Source of the DNA: Camelus ferus
Taxonomy: Eukaryota
Direction: 5' to 3'
DNA: 64,000 nucleotides
Assembly: GCF_009834535.1 (NCBI RefSeq)
Contig: NC_045696.1
Span: 105,588,001-105,652,000 of the forward strand
A program made the position numbers and the translations under genes. Positions within the stretch are counted from its first letter, which is position 1; each line of letters begins with the position of its first letter. Below the pieces are notes generated by a model that was not told the origin of the DNA, made no database searches, and saw only the letters and a list, made by a program, of their open reading frames with translations. This document shows positions 1-12,230 of this stretch, in pieces.

Positions 1-1139
1 GGATTGTGTCTAGGAGATGAGACCTGGATTCACATGTGGCGGAGCTGGTTTCAGAGACCCCTTCCAGGCAGAACTCTTGGGTAGCAGCCCAGTGGCTCCA
101 GGCAGGTTCCCCCGTATATGCTGCAACCTGATCCACAGAAAGCACTCACAAAGCCTGACTGACAATTCCCAGACACAACCCTCACTCTCTGCCACAGGCC
201 ATGTGACCCTCTGGACTCTTTCAGTGAGCCTTGAAGCCCTCCCACCAGCTCGAGGTGAGGGCAGACATGTCCCACTGCCCAGTCCAGGGCTCACCTACTC
301 CAGATCTCTCCAAAATCCTCCTCACCAAAATCTCCTTTTCTTCTTCAACTCCTTCCAGGACGCAGTGTTTTTTTTAGAGTTATTAAACCAGTTCTTCAGA
401 CTCCCTTTGAAAAACGCATATCTATCTTGGGCTGCCTCACCACCCACTTGGGTGTCTGATCTCCATTTTATCATGGCACCTCAGCTGAAGCCGCCAATCC
501 ACCATCCTGCTCCTCTGCTCCTGTGAGCAGCTCACTGAGATCCACTTACCATAAACAACTGTAAACACACGGTACAAGCAAGCCCTGGATGTCACTAGTA
601 ACACTGATGACCAGTTTGGGGGTCAGTCCCTCAAATTGATAATCATCACAGTTCCTGCATCTCCATTTCAGAGGCTCTGCTTCCTAAGGGACTCAGCTCT
701 GTCACCCCAAGTCCACCCACCGACCTGAGCAGACTCAGACTCAGCCAAGGGGCGCTTCTGCCCCAGACCCCCACCCCTACTTTACATGACACTGCCCTGG
801 CCCTTCTCTGGCTGTACCCCTGCTCCCAGAGTGAAGAGTCCACAGGTCTAACAGGGCATGACCACCTACATGGGACCCCCTTCTAGAACACACTCCAGGT
901 CCCCAGGACTCTGGAATTCCCTGCACCTCCCTCCAGGGCCTGAGTCAGCATCTTCCCTGATTCTGTCCTCCAATGGCAAAATGAGTCCCTGGTGTGTGTA
1001 TCTCTTGACCCATGAGATGACCAAGGGTGGCTGTGTGAGGGTGTCTCCACAGCCTGGACAGTGTCCACAGACCTGTATGCAAGACCCCTCACAGAGCAGG
1101 GCTGAGCCGGGGTGGGACGAGAACAGGGGTGGGCCGTGG

Positions 1140-1390
1140 GCTGGGGGCTGGCTAGCCCGAAGCTGCTGCATTCCAGCATAGAATTCAAAGGAGTCTGAAA
1201 ATTCTAAATTTAAATCCAGCCTTCTAGATCATTACAAAGGAGCATTTGTCAAGGTAAAGGAAAGAAACATATTTTACTTAACTTTGTTAGCTTGATTTAT
1301 AACTTTTAAACATAAAGACATGTGGTATGAGGACCTCCCCTACATTTGTACTCTTGCCATAGGCCTCCAAAGGTTAGGAGTGGCCCACCC
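1140..1390 (-). mobile_element. MER45B/C-like hAT-Tip100 DNA transposon fragment
   Basis: Reverse complement contains GGCAAGAGTACAAATG...AAAAGTTATAAATCAAGCTAACAAAG...CCTTGACAAAT...AAATTTAGAATT, as recalled for MER45B/C. Confidence 0.7.
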
Positions 1391-4300
1391 CTGAGAGCTC
1401 CCTTCTTTCCACCCTGTATTACTCAGACCAGAAAACGGCACTTACAAAGTACCTACATCTCCAAGTAACTCAGCAGCCAGGCTGATGACAGCAAGCCCAG
1501 CACCTGGTTTGTGCTGGCACTAAAAGGGTATTCCTTTTGCAGCCATAAGAATATTTGCAATGCATGAAACAGGAGGGCCCTTAGGGGGTGAGGGAGGGCA
1601 GGCTTGGCTCTACCTTGACAGGGACATTAAAGGCAGCAGGGTCACTTGGGAGAAGGAGGGGCAAGGCAGAGTCAAGGGAGTAGAACAGGCAGTCAGAGGG
1701 AAGCAGAGACAGAGAGAGCCTGAGACTCGATCACATGTGGGAACCCCCCAGCCCCCTAGACCCATCCTTGCATGAAGCCAGAGCTACCCTGGACTTGTCA
1801 CTTACACCAGCCAATGCACTGACCTTGTCATCTATCAACAAGACAGCTGTGACTAATCCAACCCACACATTTTACACATGAAGATACCAAAGCCCAGAGA
1901 GGGGAAGGAGCACTACCCAAGGCCAGCAGGACCACAGTCAAGAACCAGGGCTATGACTTGTGCATATTTAACATCTCTGTGTCCTTTTTTATTTGCTAAG
2001 ACTGACTTTGATTTTTGCATGTGAATGAGAATTCTAGGCAGGGGAGAAGCCATGGAAAGAAGTTTTCTGACACTCAGCCAAAGGAGGCCAGCCCACACTC
2101 AGGAACAGACTAGCTTTCCATGGAGGTGGAGTGCTCTGGTGTCATCTGAGAGCCTGAGAAAGTCACATTGTCCAAATCAATCTCTTCTATCTTTTCTGCT
2201 GCCTGAAATTCCACCAATGAAATATTTTTCTCCTAGATTAAGCATTGCCTTCTTAAGAGTTTCTTTTAAAATGCTCCCCCACTGGACAGCAGTGACAACC
2301 TATACCTCTAATATCATCGTGGGAAGAAGTTGGCCAATACCCTTCTCCCAGACCAGGGGACCTCAGGGAAGCCTGGGATCTAGTGTGCTGGGGGAGAAGA
2401 GGGGCCACAGTGGGTGCTCATAAAACTGGTGGAGAAGGCACAGACACCATGGGAGAACACGGATTTCTCTCTCTCTCTTCTCAAGTGACAGCTTGATAGG
2501 TATCAGATAGTCCCAAAGAAGCAATAGGGGAAAAAGTGAGACAGACCTAGGTTCACATCCTATTCCAGCCAATGCCTCCTTAGATAATTCCAGGCAAATT
2601 ATTTAACCTCTCTGAGCCTCAATTTCCTCACCCGGGAATTGAAAGCTCAAGTGCCTGTTTGGTAATAAGGATGCAGTGAGCACGTAGAGCACCCTGTTGA
2701 GAGCAGGTGTTTAATAAATGCGTTCCCTTTGCTCAAAAGAAGAAAGCAACCATCTGCACTGTAGTCAGTCATCTCCAGAGTTCTAGCACTGTTAATATAC
2801 AACAGATGATGAGTTTCGGGGGAAAGAGCTGCTTCCCAAACCAGCCTCAGCTTGGAACATCCCATGGACACGAGAGCTTGTGGTTGGCTGGGTGCTCGTG
2901 GCTGGGGCTGGTGATCAACACCATTCTCACACTGGTACGTTTGCACGTTCATCAGGCAGCACATCCTCCCTCCAGCCCAGCAGGCAGCAGGAGTCCCAAT
3001 CACAAGCAAGGGTGCCCTGTGCCCATGAGAATAGACAGGGCCCCAAGTCACGGACTAGAGGGGTCATGGCAATGGTGATATGGTAGCTCTTTGAACTGGG
3101 GCTCAGAAAGGTTAAGGCATTTGTTGATTGTCACCCAGCAAATAATAGCCAGGTAGGGGTTAAGAACAACTTATCTATTCTTTCCCTGTCTAGATTGTCA
3201 TTTTCAATACTTCAAAACAGACCATCTGCAAAGGACTTTTTATAAACAGGTCTTTTGGAATCAGAAGTAAAGACAGGTATGGATTAAGGAAAAATAAAAA
3301 TAAAAACTGTAGAGCAGACCAATACTAGTTTCTCCCTTTCCAGGGCTTCCTCATCTTCCCACTGCTGGAGGAAAGGATAGAAAATGTCTCCTGTGCTCAG
3401 GTATTAAGGATCTCGTATATTACTCTCATATATTACTCTACCAAGGAATTTGCCTTTGAAGAGAAGGGCTGAGGGCAGTGCTTAGGCCAAATGAGGTGCT
3501 AGGGGCTTCCAGGCACAGTCCCCCTGCATCGGTACCTCCTTTTCCTGCCCAGGAACTAGTCTAGGGCTGAGCACTCCTCCAACACTTCCCTAGTATCTAG
3601 ACAGCTCTGCAGCTGGGACTGGGGCCTGAGCTGGGGCTGCAGGAATTGCAGCATGTTCAAAGATATGTCACCAAAATAATGGAATGCCCCAGCCGCAGGC
3701 CAGGCTGACCTCCCGAAGTATGTGTTTGGGAGTTTGCAGCTGGAGCCCAACTGCTTAAAGAGAGCCAGGCCCACCCGGATGCAGGCAGGTGGCAGCCCTT
3801 CCCACTACTGCCTCTGGGCCAGGAGCAGACAGGACAGCATCTCTGAGAGCAGGGGACCAACCTGGGTGGGGGGCTGGGGGCTGGGGGCTGCGGTGGACAC
3901 ACGACCACTCCACATGGGGCCTCCCACGCCAACCGGAGCAGATCCAGATCCTGAGTCAACAAGGCCGGCTGAGAGTAGGATGCAGGGGCTGGGAGGGCCA
4001 GCCCCACAGACAGCAGGGAGGACAGTCGGGATAAGAATGGACAAGAGGGCCATCAACAGAGCCGAAGGCAGGTCCGCCCAGGACCACGAGGAGGAGCCCC
4101 TGCATTCCTACTCCCAGCGCCTCTCCTACCTGACCTTGTCTCCACAAGACAGGCTGTCATGAAGTGTTTAAGTACTCTGCTGAGTAAAAGGTGGTTACTG
4201 TCCTAGGAAATGTTTTGTGTGGCTGGCCACTATGGGAAGGGGTGTTCTTGAGAGAGCTGGCTTCAGCTGTGTAGATCTTTGACTCAGCCGACCTCCATGG

Positions 4301-4894
4301 AGGATGGAGATTGGTTGACTGAGGTGACCTCAGGAGCCAAGGACCTTTGCCCGACCTGGGTGGACTGAGGTGAGCTGTGGAGGACATCACCACCCTATAT
4401 GTAGTTCCATGGCCACCTTCCCTGCCCAGGGGCCCTGGCACCAGGTCCCACCAAAACTGTACAGCTCACTACTGTGGTTACTCACACCATACCAGAGGCA
4501 GGGAAGGGGCAGCCCCAGGGCCACTGAAAGCTGACAGGGAGGGAGAGGGGACCCACAGATGGCGACTCTGAGCTCCTTGGGTGGCCTCTCTCCCTTCCCT
4601 GGAGCTCCCCATAGTGTCCACCAGTCACCTAAAAGTCCAAGACTGCAGAGGCTCCCAGGTCACAGGTAGACACCTGAGGGCTCACCTAAATACCCTCCCC
4701 CAGCCCCGCCTGAGGCGCCCCAGTCTGGCTCCTGCGCCAGCACCTCAGCTAAGGGCCAGAAAGGGAGGGGTGCTCAGCTCCTTTGCCCAGGGTCCTGCAG
4801 AGCCTCTCGGCCTCCCCTGCCCTCCCCTAGCTCTGCCCACCCCTTCTGCCACAGCAGACAAGAACTCATATTGCCCGAAGCCCCAAAGCACCCC

Positions 4895-5185
4895 ACAAAC
4901 TCACCTTCACACAAGAACAAAGGCTGACAGACACTAACATCCACACATATACTCACACCCGTTCACAGAGCTCCCTCCCACACACTCACACCAACGCACA
5001 CTCACGCAAACACACACAAATGTTGGCACGCTCTCACACAGACACATAAAACATTCTCACTTACACGGCTATTCAGATGCTTCCATAGAATCTTACATAG
5101 GAACACATGCTGTCACATGCATACACACTCACACACATAAATACGAATATTCACTCATGGGCACACACACACTCACAACCTCACA
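4895..5185. repeat. Degenerate CA-rich low-complexity tract
   Basis: Interrupted CACA/CTCACA units. Confidence 0.7.
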
Positions 5186-5228
5186 TGTTAGCATCTGACC
5201 ACTCAAGATGTCTGCTGCTGGCTTCACT

Positions 5229-5388
5229 GGGGGAGGGTACAGCTCAGTGGTAGAGAGCATGCTTAGCAAGCACAAGGTCCTGGGTTCAATCCCCAGCACC
5301 TCCAGTTAAAAAATAAATAAATGAATAAATAAATAAACTGAATTACCTCCCCACTCCTGAAAAAAAAAAAAATTAGTTAAAAAAAAAG
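5229..5388 (+). mobile_element. tRNA-Ala-derived SINE (camelid vic-1-like)
   Basis: Head GGGGAGGGTACAGCTCAGTGGTAGAG...CTTAGCA...GGTTCAATCCCCAGCACCTCCA with A and B boxes, then (AAAT)n, AATTACCTCCCC and an A tail. A second copy lies at 29322-29481. Confidence 0.9.
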
Positions 5389-6673
5389 ACAAAGGTCATG
5401 GAGGGCAGGAGCCATCAGCTCCTAGGCCCCAACGGTAATGGTCCCTCTTCCCTTCCTTCCATGGCTGCCTCCCCTAGTGGCAGTTAGTCTGTGCTCCTCT
5501 TTGTTCTCCTGCCCAATAAGCACAGTCAAAGCCCTCCCCAGAGCATCCTATCTATCCAGTCCCACCCAACACACCTCTGTTCCCATGAAGCACTGCCACC
5601 AGCACCAACATCCTGGGACTAAGCTTGCTCCTCGGGAAGGCTGGTCATCCATGCAGGTGTGCCCTGAGCCCAGGGGTCCCTCCCTGTTTCCTGTTTCCTG
5701 CATATGAATCTTGTCTCACTCATGAGATAGCAGAAGACTTGAGGCCCAAGGAAAGAACTGTGCCCTGCCCACCGCCCAGTCTTGTGGCCCCAGAACACAT
5801 ACTGCAGAGCTGGGCCTTCAGTGCTGCCCTGGGCTCATTCTATTCTCATTTAGGCCTTTCCAGTTGAAAGGCCTTCCACTCTACGGGCAGACATACCCGG
5901 GTTGAAACCCTACCATCATTTCTAACAATATAACTTGGGCAACTTCCTTAACATCTCTTGGCCTTAGTTTCCTCATTGAAGAGGTGAGAATAATAATTCC
6001 TCCTTGGTAGGTCTGGAATGAAGGATGCCTATAATGCAGGCATGGTGGCTGGCACACAGTAGGTGCCCAACCCAACGTGCAGCCCCCTCTCCATTGTCCC
6101 TCTCAGCTCTCCATGCCCACAATCTGAGAGGGCTTAACCCCCAGGATGGAGTGGTCCAGCGCAGGACACAGGGAAGCTAGGGGCACCTGACTCCAGCCTA
6201 CATGCCCCTCCCCCAGCCTGCGTCTAGGTCTGCTCCCCTCATGTGGAGCCCCAGAGCTCCAGGACATCTTTGATTAATAAGAAGCAGAAAGATAAGCCTC
6301 AGGATAATTAATAAATCATTAGCAGCATTACTTTTCATCAGATAAGGCCATTAATTGTTCCCATTTCCTTACAAAAAGCCCAGGCCTAGGGGCCCCTTGC
6401 AGTCAGTTCATTTTATGAGAGATCCAAGCCCATAAAGAAAAGCAGGTCCCTGGTGGGATGAACGGTGTCCACCTGCAGGGGCACCGGGGACAGTGTCTGC
6501 CCAACCCATACCTCTGCGCTTGGGGAGAGCAGCGACCAGAACATACAAAACAATTCCCGCCTCCCAGGCAGGGTCCTGAGGGAGCTGGGAGACTCTTAAC
6601 CCAGAGCTGGCTCCTCACAGATGTCCCCTCTGGCACCAGCACCAACTGATTACCAGTGTCTGTTGCAGCCATA

Positions 6674-6677
<4 letters not shown>

Positions 6678-6707
<30 letters not shown>
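6678..6707 (+). repeat. Pure poly(A)30 tract
   Basis: 30 consecutive A directly after TTT. Confidence 0.95.
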
Positions 6708-6708
<1 letters not shown>

Positions 6709-7689
6709 CCGCACCCTAATTGAGAGGGGAAAAGGTTCTAACTGGTTAGCAATGCCTGGCAGGGGCATGGGACAGGGCATGAAGGCACAAGGGACACTCT
6801 TTTCCTTCCTTCCTTCCCTTCCTTCCTTCCACTCATTCTGAAAATGATAAGTGAGTGTCAAGTGCTGTGCAAGGGGCTGGAGGGACTAGGGTGGGGGTGG
6901 GGCAAAAAGAGACACAGTTCCTACTCCCATGGAGTTTATATTTGCCATCTCTAAAGTCCTGTTTCTTTTCAGAGGAGGAAACTGAAACAGGGAAGGGTCT
7001 GCCCGAGGCCACACTGAGTGGGGATCAGAACTGGCTAGAGCTCCTTCACTGCTCCTTCACAGGCCCTCCTTCTTCCAAGGAGCAGCAAAGGGATCCTAGA
7101 TCCCTACTCCCACAACACACAAACACAGACATTCTCAGGCACCCACGCCAGACACTGAGAATGGCAGCACATTCTCACTGACTTGGAGAAATGTTTTTGA
7201 ACACCGATCATGTAAGGAGCACTGAACTGGGGCACACAGAAACTGCCCCCTACCCCAGAAGCTGGCTGGCTGGTTGGATGGAAAAGGCTTCCTCAAAAAA
7301 TAATTAGCAAAGCAAAATAACTATGCAGAACAGGAGCACTTAATAACACGCTCTGAGAGATTAAAGGCAAAAAGCATCCTTGCAATTTGGAGAATCCTGG
7401 AAGGCTTTCTGAATGAGGTGGCAGGTTAGGAAGGAATTTTGAAGAAGGTTTGGAGACAGATATTGGAGGGCTTCCAAGGCACTGCTTAGAAGTTTAAATT
7501 TGTTCCTTGGGTCTTCACTTGTCCTCTCTGAAGGTATACTCAGAGGTTACCATTGGATAACCACGGTTTATCTTTCTACAGCATCAATCTTATTTATAGA
7601 TTTAAAAATGAAAAGGTTTTTAATCAGAAAGTTCTTAAAAGTTTTGTCATAGCCACACAAAAATAATTTCCACATAGATTAAAGAAAAA

Positions 7690-8950
7690 CATTGAAATGA
7701 GTAAAGTTATAAAAATACTAGAATAAAATATAGGTGTATATTTATATATGCTTGGGATAGGAAAACTTTCCAAGCACGCTACAAAATTAAGATGCCCTAA
7801 AGAAAAAACAAATAGATATGTGCACATAAAAAATTTAAATTCTTTAGTGCAAAAGAAATCAAAACCAGAATTAAATATAAATATCAGATGGGGAAAATGT
7901 TTGTAATATATACAATAAACAAAGGATTAATATCTCCAAAATATGAAGAGTTCCCAACAGAAAGATAATCAAGAGGCAATTCACAGAAGAAACACATATG
8001 GATAATTAACCAGAATTTCTGAACTTTAGCACTATTACCATTTGGGGCCAGTAATTCTTTCTACACATTAGATGTCAACTGTACCCACCCCCCAGGTCAT
8101 AACAATCAAAATGTCTCCAGACACTGTCAAATGCTGTGTGGGGACAAAATCATCCCCAGTTGAGAATAACTGTTAATAAATATCTGAAATTAGGCTCGGC
8201 CTCCTGAATGAACAGATCATTGCAAATTAAAATAACTATAAAATGTCATTTTTCTCTTATCAGATTGGGAAGATTTTAAAGATTGATAATAACTACAGAT
8301 GGCAAGGGTTTGGACAGAATGATGTTCTCATTCTTTGTTGGTGGGAACATAAAGAGATGCAACGATTTCAGAAGACAATCTGGCAGCTTCTATCAGTTTT
8401 TGAAATCTGCAAACTCATTGACCCAGCAATTCCACTTTTGGACTCTACCCCACAGGAAAAAAAAAAAAAGTACACAAAATTTCACAGGACACGCAGACAT
8501 AGTACGATCACTGTTTTGTTTTGTTTTGTTTTTTGTAGTAGTGAACACTTGGAAACAAGTGTAAATGAGTAAAGAAATGGTTAAATTCTGATACTCTGAT
8601 ACAAATCAGACAATAAAAGGAGTTGCCAAGACATTCAGCTGAGTTAAAAAAAAAGCAAGTTGCAAAATATTATGATCCTGTATTTGTTTTTTAAGTTAAA
8701 ATGACATACCTGCATGTGTTCATGTGTACCATTAAAAAGCAAGTGATGGAAAGAAAGATCTAGAAAAATAAATGGCAAATTATTGATAGGGATTAATCTG
8801 AAGGATGGGATGAGGGGATGAGAGTATTAAGTGTAAGGAAAGGGAAGAATGTCAATTTTTTTGCCAGAGTTCTGTATTGTTTGAGTTTTAACAGTGGGCA
8901 CATATTATTTTTTTTAAAACTTGAATGTGTTTTGAGCAAATTCCAAAATA
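7690..8950 (+). mobile_element. Ancient LINE-1 3' portion (L1MC/ME-like), interrupted by MER20
   Basis: A-rich decayed ORF2 (..LILCWWEHK....IDPAIPLL..) followed by an old 3'UTR-like tail. Confidence 0.75.
8011..8172. mobile_element. MER20-like hAT-Charlie MITE
   Basis: CAG..TTTCTGAAC start and GTTGAGAATAACTG end (TIR-like). Internal ACAATCAAAATGTCTCCAGACA motif typical of MER20. Confidence 0.8.
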
Positions 8951-9699
8951 AAAAGAGTTTGTGTAATAGATGCCCAAGTAAAATCAGCAAAATCTTACTG
9001 CTCTCTGCTGATCTGAGTCATTTTTTCCAAAGGCTTAGAAAACAGAAAAGTGGTGTGTGCAGTGAGAGATAGAAAAATTCAGTTCTCTTGGTTAGCCTAG
9101 CTTTCCCTTGGAAAGCCAGTACCTTCTAGTTCAAGTGAACCAAGTTCACTGCTGCAGCAAAAACAGATTTGGCCAGTGTCTCAGCCACAGGCTAGGGCTG
9201 GACAGGGCATGTGTTTTCTCAGCAATTCTCTGAAATGTTCTGAAAAAGGAGTCTGCCAACTCAGAAACCAGTTTTATTTTCACTTTGACTACATAGACCC
9301 ATGAACCTCCTAAATCTGTTCAGCTGCCTGCCTTGGTTCCTCTTGATCAAGTATTCTGTTTACAAACATCACTGGGCATCTTTCCACTTCCCACCACAGC
9401 AAATTCTCCCCAAACACAGAGACCAGCAGTTCTGGGGTTAGGGTTATTTTTCATTTCTCTTTTTAAAGTATAGTAATTTTAAAATTATGTTTTGAAAGTA
9501 GAACATGGGTCAGTGGTTAAAAATAGGAGACCTGAAGCATAAGCTTGTAACCAGTAAAACTATGATGCTATTGGGGCAAGTTCAGAATAGAATGAGTCAC
9601 ACGGTCATAACAGATGTGCTGTTGACCTTGAGGTCCACCACATGACCATGACAGCTACCAGGGCCAGCGCTCTGCTCCAGCCACATCTAGTGAACTGGT

Positions 9700-12230
9700 A
9701 GTGAGCAACTCCCTGAAATACTGAGCAGGGTAAATTGAGGCAGGTTTTATTTCAATGGAGTTTTATTTTAGCGGAATTGCAAATGCACACACAAAATAAC
9801 AGTATGAAAGCCATTTCCACACATCAGCACTGAAAAATTCAAGTATGCAATTTCAAAGGAAAAAACCCACAAAATAATTTTAAAACCTAAAAGAAAGAAG
9901 ACTTGACTAAGAATATCATAGTGAAAAACAAACTCAAAAAAGCAAATTAAAGGATCTCAAAGATTTCTTTCAGAAATGCTCCAGAAGTTGCAGCTTGAAT
10001 AGTAGGTGTGAATTTGAAAGGCTTCCCTGTAGAGAGGACCATACCTCTATTTGTATCAAAAAGAGGCAGCTGATTTGGAAAAGGTGTCCTTAGAGAGCTG
10101 CACTGTCTACCAATGAGTTGTAGTGGGTTCCAAAAGACAGACTTGAAAGGCTTAGGAGAGACTGTGGTTATAAAAACACAGATATTGATGATTTGGCCTT
10201 TGTATCTGTCTTTCCTCACCACAGCACTAATGAGTATTTGTGATATGTCAATTTCTAAAGTGGTTGATGGTAAAATAACAAGGGAAGACATCTCATCAAG
10301 ATGTGTACATCCAAAAAGATCAATATCAACTGGAAATAAGCAGCTCAGGCCCCTGCACAGGTGAGCCAAACCTCCTGTGGGCAGAATGGCAGAAAAAGTT
10401 GGCCCCAGGTACTATCACATAAGATGAATGTTCCTGGAACCTACGTCAAACATGGAGCATACTATTAAAGGTCTGCTCTTGAGTTCTAAGTGGTAAACTT
10501 TCCATCAAAATTTAGTTTATTCAATAAGTGGTGCTGGGAAAACTGGACAGCTACCTGTAAAAGACTGAAATTAGAACATTCTCTAACACCATATACAAAA
10601 ATAAACCCAATATGGATTAAAGACCTAATGTAAGACCAGATACTATAAAACTCCTAGAGGAAAACATAGGCAGAACACTCTTTGACATAAATCACAGAAA
10701 TATTTTTTCTGAACCAGCTCCTAGATAATGGAAATAAAAGCAAAAATAAACAAATGGGGTCTAATTAAACTTAAAAGATTTTGCACAGCTAAGGATACCA
10801 TCAACAAAATGAAAAGACAACCTACAGAATGGGAGAAAATATTTGCAAATGATGTGACTGACAAGGGCTTAATTTCCAGAATATACAAACAGCTCATACA
10901 ATCCAACAACAAAAAACAAACAACCCAACCCAAAAATGGGCAGAAGACCTAAACCAGCAATTCTCCAGTGAAGACATATAAATGGCCACTAGGCACATGA
11001 AAAAATGCTCAATGTCTAATCATCAGAGAAATGCAAATCAAAATTACAATGAGGTATCACCTCACACTAGTCAGAATGGCCATCATAAAAATCTACAAAT
11101 GATAAATTCTGGAGAGAGTGTGGAGAAAAAGGAACCCTCCTACACTGTTGGTGGGAATGTAAATTGGTGCAGCCACTACAGAGGACAGTGCGGAGGTTCC
11201 TTAAAAAACTAAAAATAAACTTACCATATGATCCAGTAATCCCATTCCTGGGCATATATTGAGAGAAAAGTACAATTTGAAAAGACATACGCACCTCAAT
11301 GTTCACAGCAGCACTATTTACAATAGCCAAGACATGGAAACAACCTAAATTTCCATCAACAGATGGTTGGATAAAAAAGATGTGATATATTTATACAATG
11401 GAATACTACTAGGCCATAAAGAAGAGTAAAATAATGCTATTTGCAGCAACATGGTTGGATCTGGAGACTGTAATTCTAAGTGAAGTAAGTCAGAAACAGA
11501 AAGAAAAATATTGTATGATATCACTTATATGTGGAATCTTTAGAAAAAGACACAAATGAACTTGTTTATAAAACAGAAACAGACTCACAGATATAGAGAA
11601 CAGACTCATGGTTACCAACAGGTAAAGGGAGTGGGAAGGGATAAATTGGGAGTTCAAAACTTGCACCTGTTGGAGAGTGATGGAAATGCTAGCGTTCTTG
11701 ACTGTGGCGGTGGTTTCATAGGTGTATACATCTATCAAAATTCATCAAATTATACATCTGAAATGTGTACAGGAATTATACCACAATAAAGTTGTTTTAA
11801 AAAAATTAGTTTAGAAAACTTAACAATTTGAATACTTATCTCGTAGGCCCACTTTATAACAAAATGAAAAGTTGCTTCTTTTTTTTTAAACTTGCTTTGC
11901 TACACATATGTGTGCTGGCTTCATAGGAAGAAGATGCTGGTCTAGGTTTTCAAACTTGAGGCTGATTTTCTTTTCATAGAGGAAAATATCAACCATGCCA
12001 CGGCTAAGGGCAAAAAACTCATTAAGGTGAATAAATGTCTTTGTTCACTGAAATGTCGAGTGGCTCTCAGAGAGAGCCAGAATATTTTTTCAAAGCTAAT
12101 AGTCTTAATCAACCATGGCAAGGCAAAGCTGAGAAATGATTTTATTGCCATGATCATGGCCATAAAAATGCAGTTGCAGAGGTGGATGCAGAGAGTTGTT
12201 TAGGGGAACTAAGTGTAATTGAACCTCTTG
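9700..12230 (+). mobile_element. Highly decayed hAT-Charlie/Buster-type transposase relic, split by the L1 at 10520-11800
   Basis: Frame-hopping translation gives NNSMK, TDIDDLAFVSVF, KITREDI..INWK, LLH....W...KMLV..FKL and IFSKL.SLNQPWQGK in the order of Charlie/Buster motifs (DESTD..LAQLLVF, TTGEDIF..INWK, LLHTEVRWLSRGKVL, IFSKLNELNLSLQGK). Ends are uncertain. Confidence 0.6.
10520..11800 (+). mobile_element. 5'-truncated LINE-1 (ORF2 C-terminus and 3'UTR) with chimeric 3' tail
   Basis: Decayed ORF2 ([21 protein letters not shown]...EWEKIFAN). TSD AAAA(T/A)TTAGTTTA at 10507-10519 and 11801-11813. Confidence 0.9.

Noticed and set aside
300..475. Minus-strand peptide containing KNWFNN, reminiscent of homeodomain helix 3
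   Set aside because: Only ~50 codons, lacks the other homeodomain residues, and has no consistent exon structure.
3722..4162. 146-aa ORF and overlapping ORFs
   Set aside because: GC-rich region with ORFs in several frames on both strands, a non-ATG start and no recognisable domain.
5229..5304. tRNA-Ala(AGC)-like gene
   Set aside because: Mismatched stems, a SINE body and A tail follow it, and a second copy with a TSD is in the window. It is a SINE head, not a tRNA gene.
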